Assembly: GCF_000150275.1 (NCBI RefSeq)
Contig: NW_002060993.1
Span: 1-9,713, forward strand
Reading direction: 5' to 3'
DNA from: Trichoplax adhaerens
Taxonomy: Eukaryota; Animalia; Placozoa
Length of the DNA stretch: 9,713 nucleotides
Shown: positions 8,592 to 9,713 of the stretch, piece by piece
Position numbering within the stretch: position 1 is the first letter of the stretch
How the letters are laid out: each line of letters begins with the position of its first letter
Notes under the pieces: generated by a model
The model's input: the letters and a program-made list of their open reading frames with translations, nothing else
What the model was told of the DNA's origin: nothing
The model's database searches: none
Position numbers and translations under genes: made by a program

Positions 8592-9332
8592 ATATTACAA
8601 TCTTATCGTGCAAGTAAACCTGGCGCTTATTTATTAAATATTCGATGGGCTGATGATCATATACCTGGTAGTCCATTTAAAATTAATGTTGAACAAGGTG
8701 GTGCTAATAAAATCCAGACTTATGGCCAAGGTTTACGCGAAGGTAATTTAGGTGATCCTGTCCAATTTACAGTCAACACGATCGAAGCTGGTCCTGGTAA
8801 ATTAAAAGTCCAGGTAGTTGGGCCACAGACCGATGCTGATTATGAGATTGTCGATCAAAAGGATGGTAGCTATCTCATTCAATATTTTCCCAACGAAACT
8901 GGTAAACATAAAGTATTTGTTTCCTATAACGATCAGCCCATTCAAGGTAGTCCATTTACATCTCGTATTACGCGTCCACCCAATGCGGGTAAAGTAAGTG
9001 CAGAAGGACCTGGACTTTGTAGCGATATTCTGGATGGATTCAATGGCAATTTTGTTGTCGATACACGCACTGCTGGAGAAGGAATATTAAGAGTGCGCAT
9101 TTATGGACCTAAAGGAGGCTTTGCAGTTTATATGTCACGTAATCCTGAAATGGAGCGTTTAATCGATGTCCGATATAATCCTACGGAAATTGGCCATTAT
9201 AAAATTGATATAAAATGGTCGGATGTTCATATCCCTGGTAGTCCATTCGATATTTGGATAGTAAGCTCACCAGAAGAATTGAAGAAAATTCAAATGTACG
9301 AAAACACTGAAGGTTGGGTTAAATATGTTTAA
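8592..9332 (+). CDS. Terminal coding exon of a filamin-family protein (filamin/ABP280 Ig-like repeats; jitterbug/FLN-2-like C-terminus), 5'-partial
   Basis: The frame of the 9093-9332 ORF stays open upstream to an in-frame TAG at 8589-8591, which is also a plausible splice acceptor (caaatttag|ATA). Manual translation (246 aa): ILQSYRASKPGAYLLNIRWADDHIPGSPFKINVEQGG ANKIQTYGQGLREGNLGDPVQFTVNTIEAGPGKLKVQVVGPQTDADYEIVDQKDGSYLIQYFPNETGKHKVFVSYNDQPIQGSPFTSRITRPP NAGKVSAEGPGLCSDILDGFNGNFVVDTRTAGEGILRVRIYGPKGGFAVYMSRNPEMERLIDVRYNPTEIGHYKIDIKWSDVHIPGSPFDIWIVSSPEELKKIQMYENTEGWVKYV*. It contains three GSPF motifs plus G[PQ]GL, FxV[DN]TxxAGxG, GP, DGSY and YxPxExGx[HY] motifs, all diagnostic of filamin repeats. 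The 5' boundary is inferred. Confidence 0.93.
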   Translation: MLQSYRASKPGAYLLNIRWADDHIPGSPFKINVEQGGANKIQTYGQGLREGNLGDPVQFTVNTIEAGPGKLKVQVVGPQTDADYEIVDQKDGSYLIQYFPNETGKHKVFVSYNDQPIQGSPFTSRITRPPNAGKVSAEGPGLCSDILDGFNGNFVVDTRTAGEGILRVRIYGPKGGFAVYMSRNPEMERLIDVRYNPTEIGHYKIDIKWSDVHIPGSPFDIWIVSSPEELKKIQMYENTEGWVKYV

Positions 9333-9713
9333 TTCAGCATAGTCGTTGCTGTTGGAAGTAAATATCAACCAATATTTCAAGTTAAAAAGTTAATGAAGCG
9401 ATAAGAAAAGATTGAAATAATCTTAACGTTTATTTCTTGAAATTATCACTTGAATAGATATCATTGCAAGTGCAATGATAATGTAATAACAACTACCTTA
9501 AATATTTTTAACATATCCATTATACTTATATATGGATATTAGTAAATTCAAATGCTTGTATTTCGTTGAAGATGGATATTGTTACCAACCTTTGTCGGTA
9601 ACAAGCATCCATTTATGTGATAATGAAGTTTGTCAATCTGCTTATCATGTACTATACTTGTGTATGGTTATTCTCGTTTTAAATTTCTTGAATGCAATGA
9701 CTAAATGATATAA

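Noticed and set aside
9093-9332. Stand-alone 79-aa protein starting at GTG
   Set aside because: The GTG is an internal Val codon of the filamin exon, whose frame is open from 8592.

Overview
AT-rich eukaryotic, most likely animal, genomic scaffold made of three contigs (1-806, 857-7692, 8177-9713) separated by N gaps of 50 and 484 bases. Nothing prokaryotic is supportable: no CRISPR array, operon, rRNA or tRNA. The one confident coding feature is a terminal exon at 8592-9332 (+) encoding about 2.3 filamin/ABP280 Ig-like repeats and a short tail, resembling jitterbug/FLN-2-type filamins; the ORF track shows only its last 79 codons. The rest is mostly non-coding and rich in local duplications. 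Bases 1-806 are repeated exactly at 5955-6760, probably an assembly redundancy. An 80-bp minisatellite of about 8 units sits inside an older higher-order duplication. There is also a ~400-bp unit in about 2.5 copies, a ~208-bp duplication carrying an exon-like cassette, and a 105-bp tandem running into a gap. Speculative leads are a duplicated minus-strand hydrophobic, His-tailed smORF with mostly synonymous differences and a possible spliced signal-peptide gene start at 2669-3002. I cannot support a new biological system from the sequence alone.
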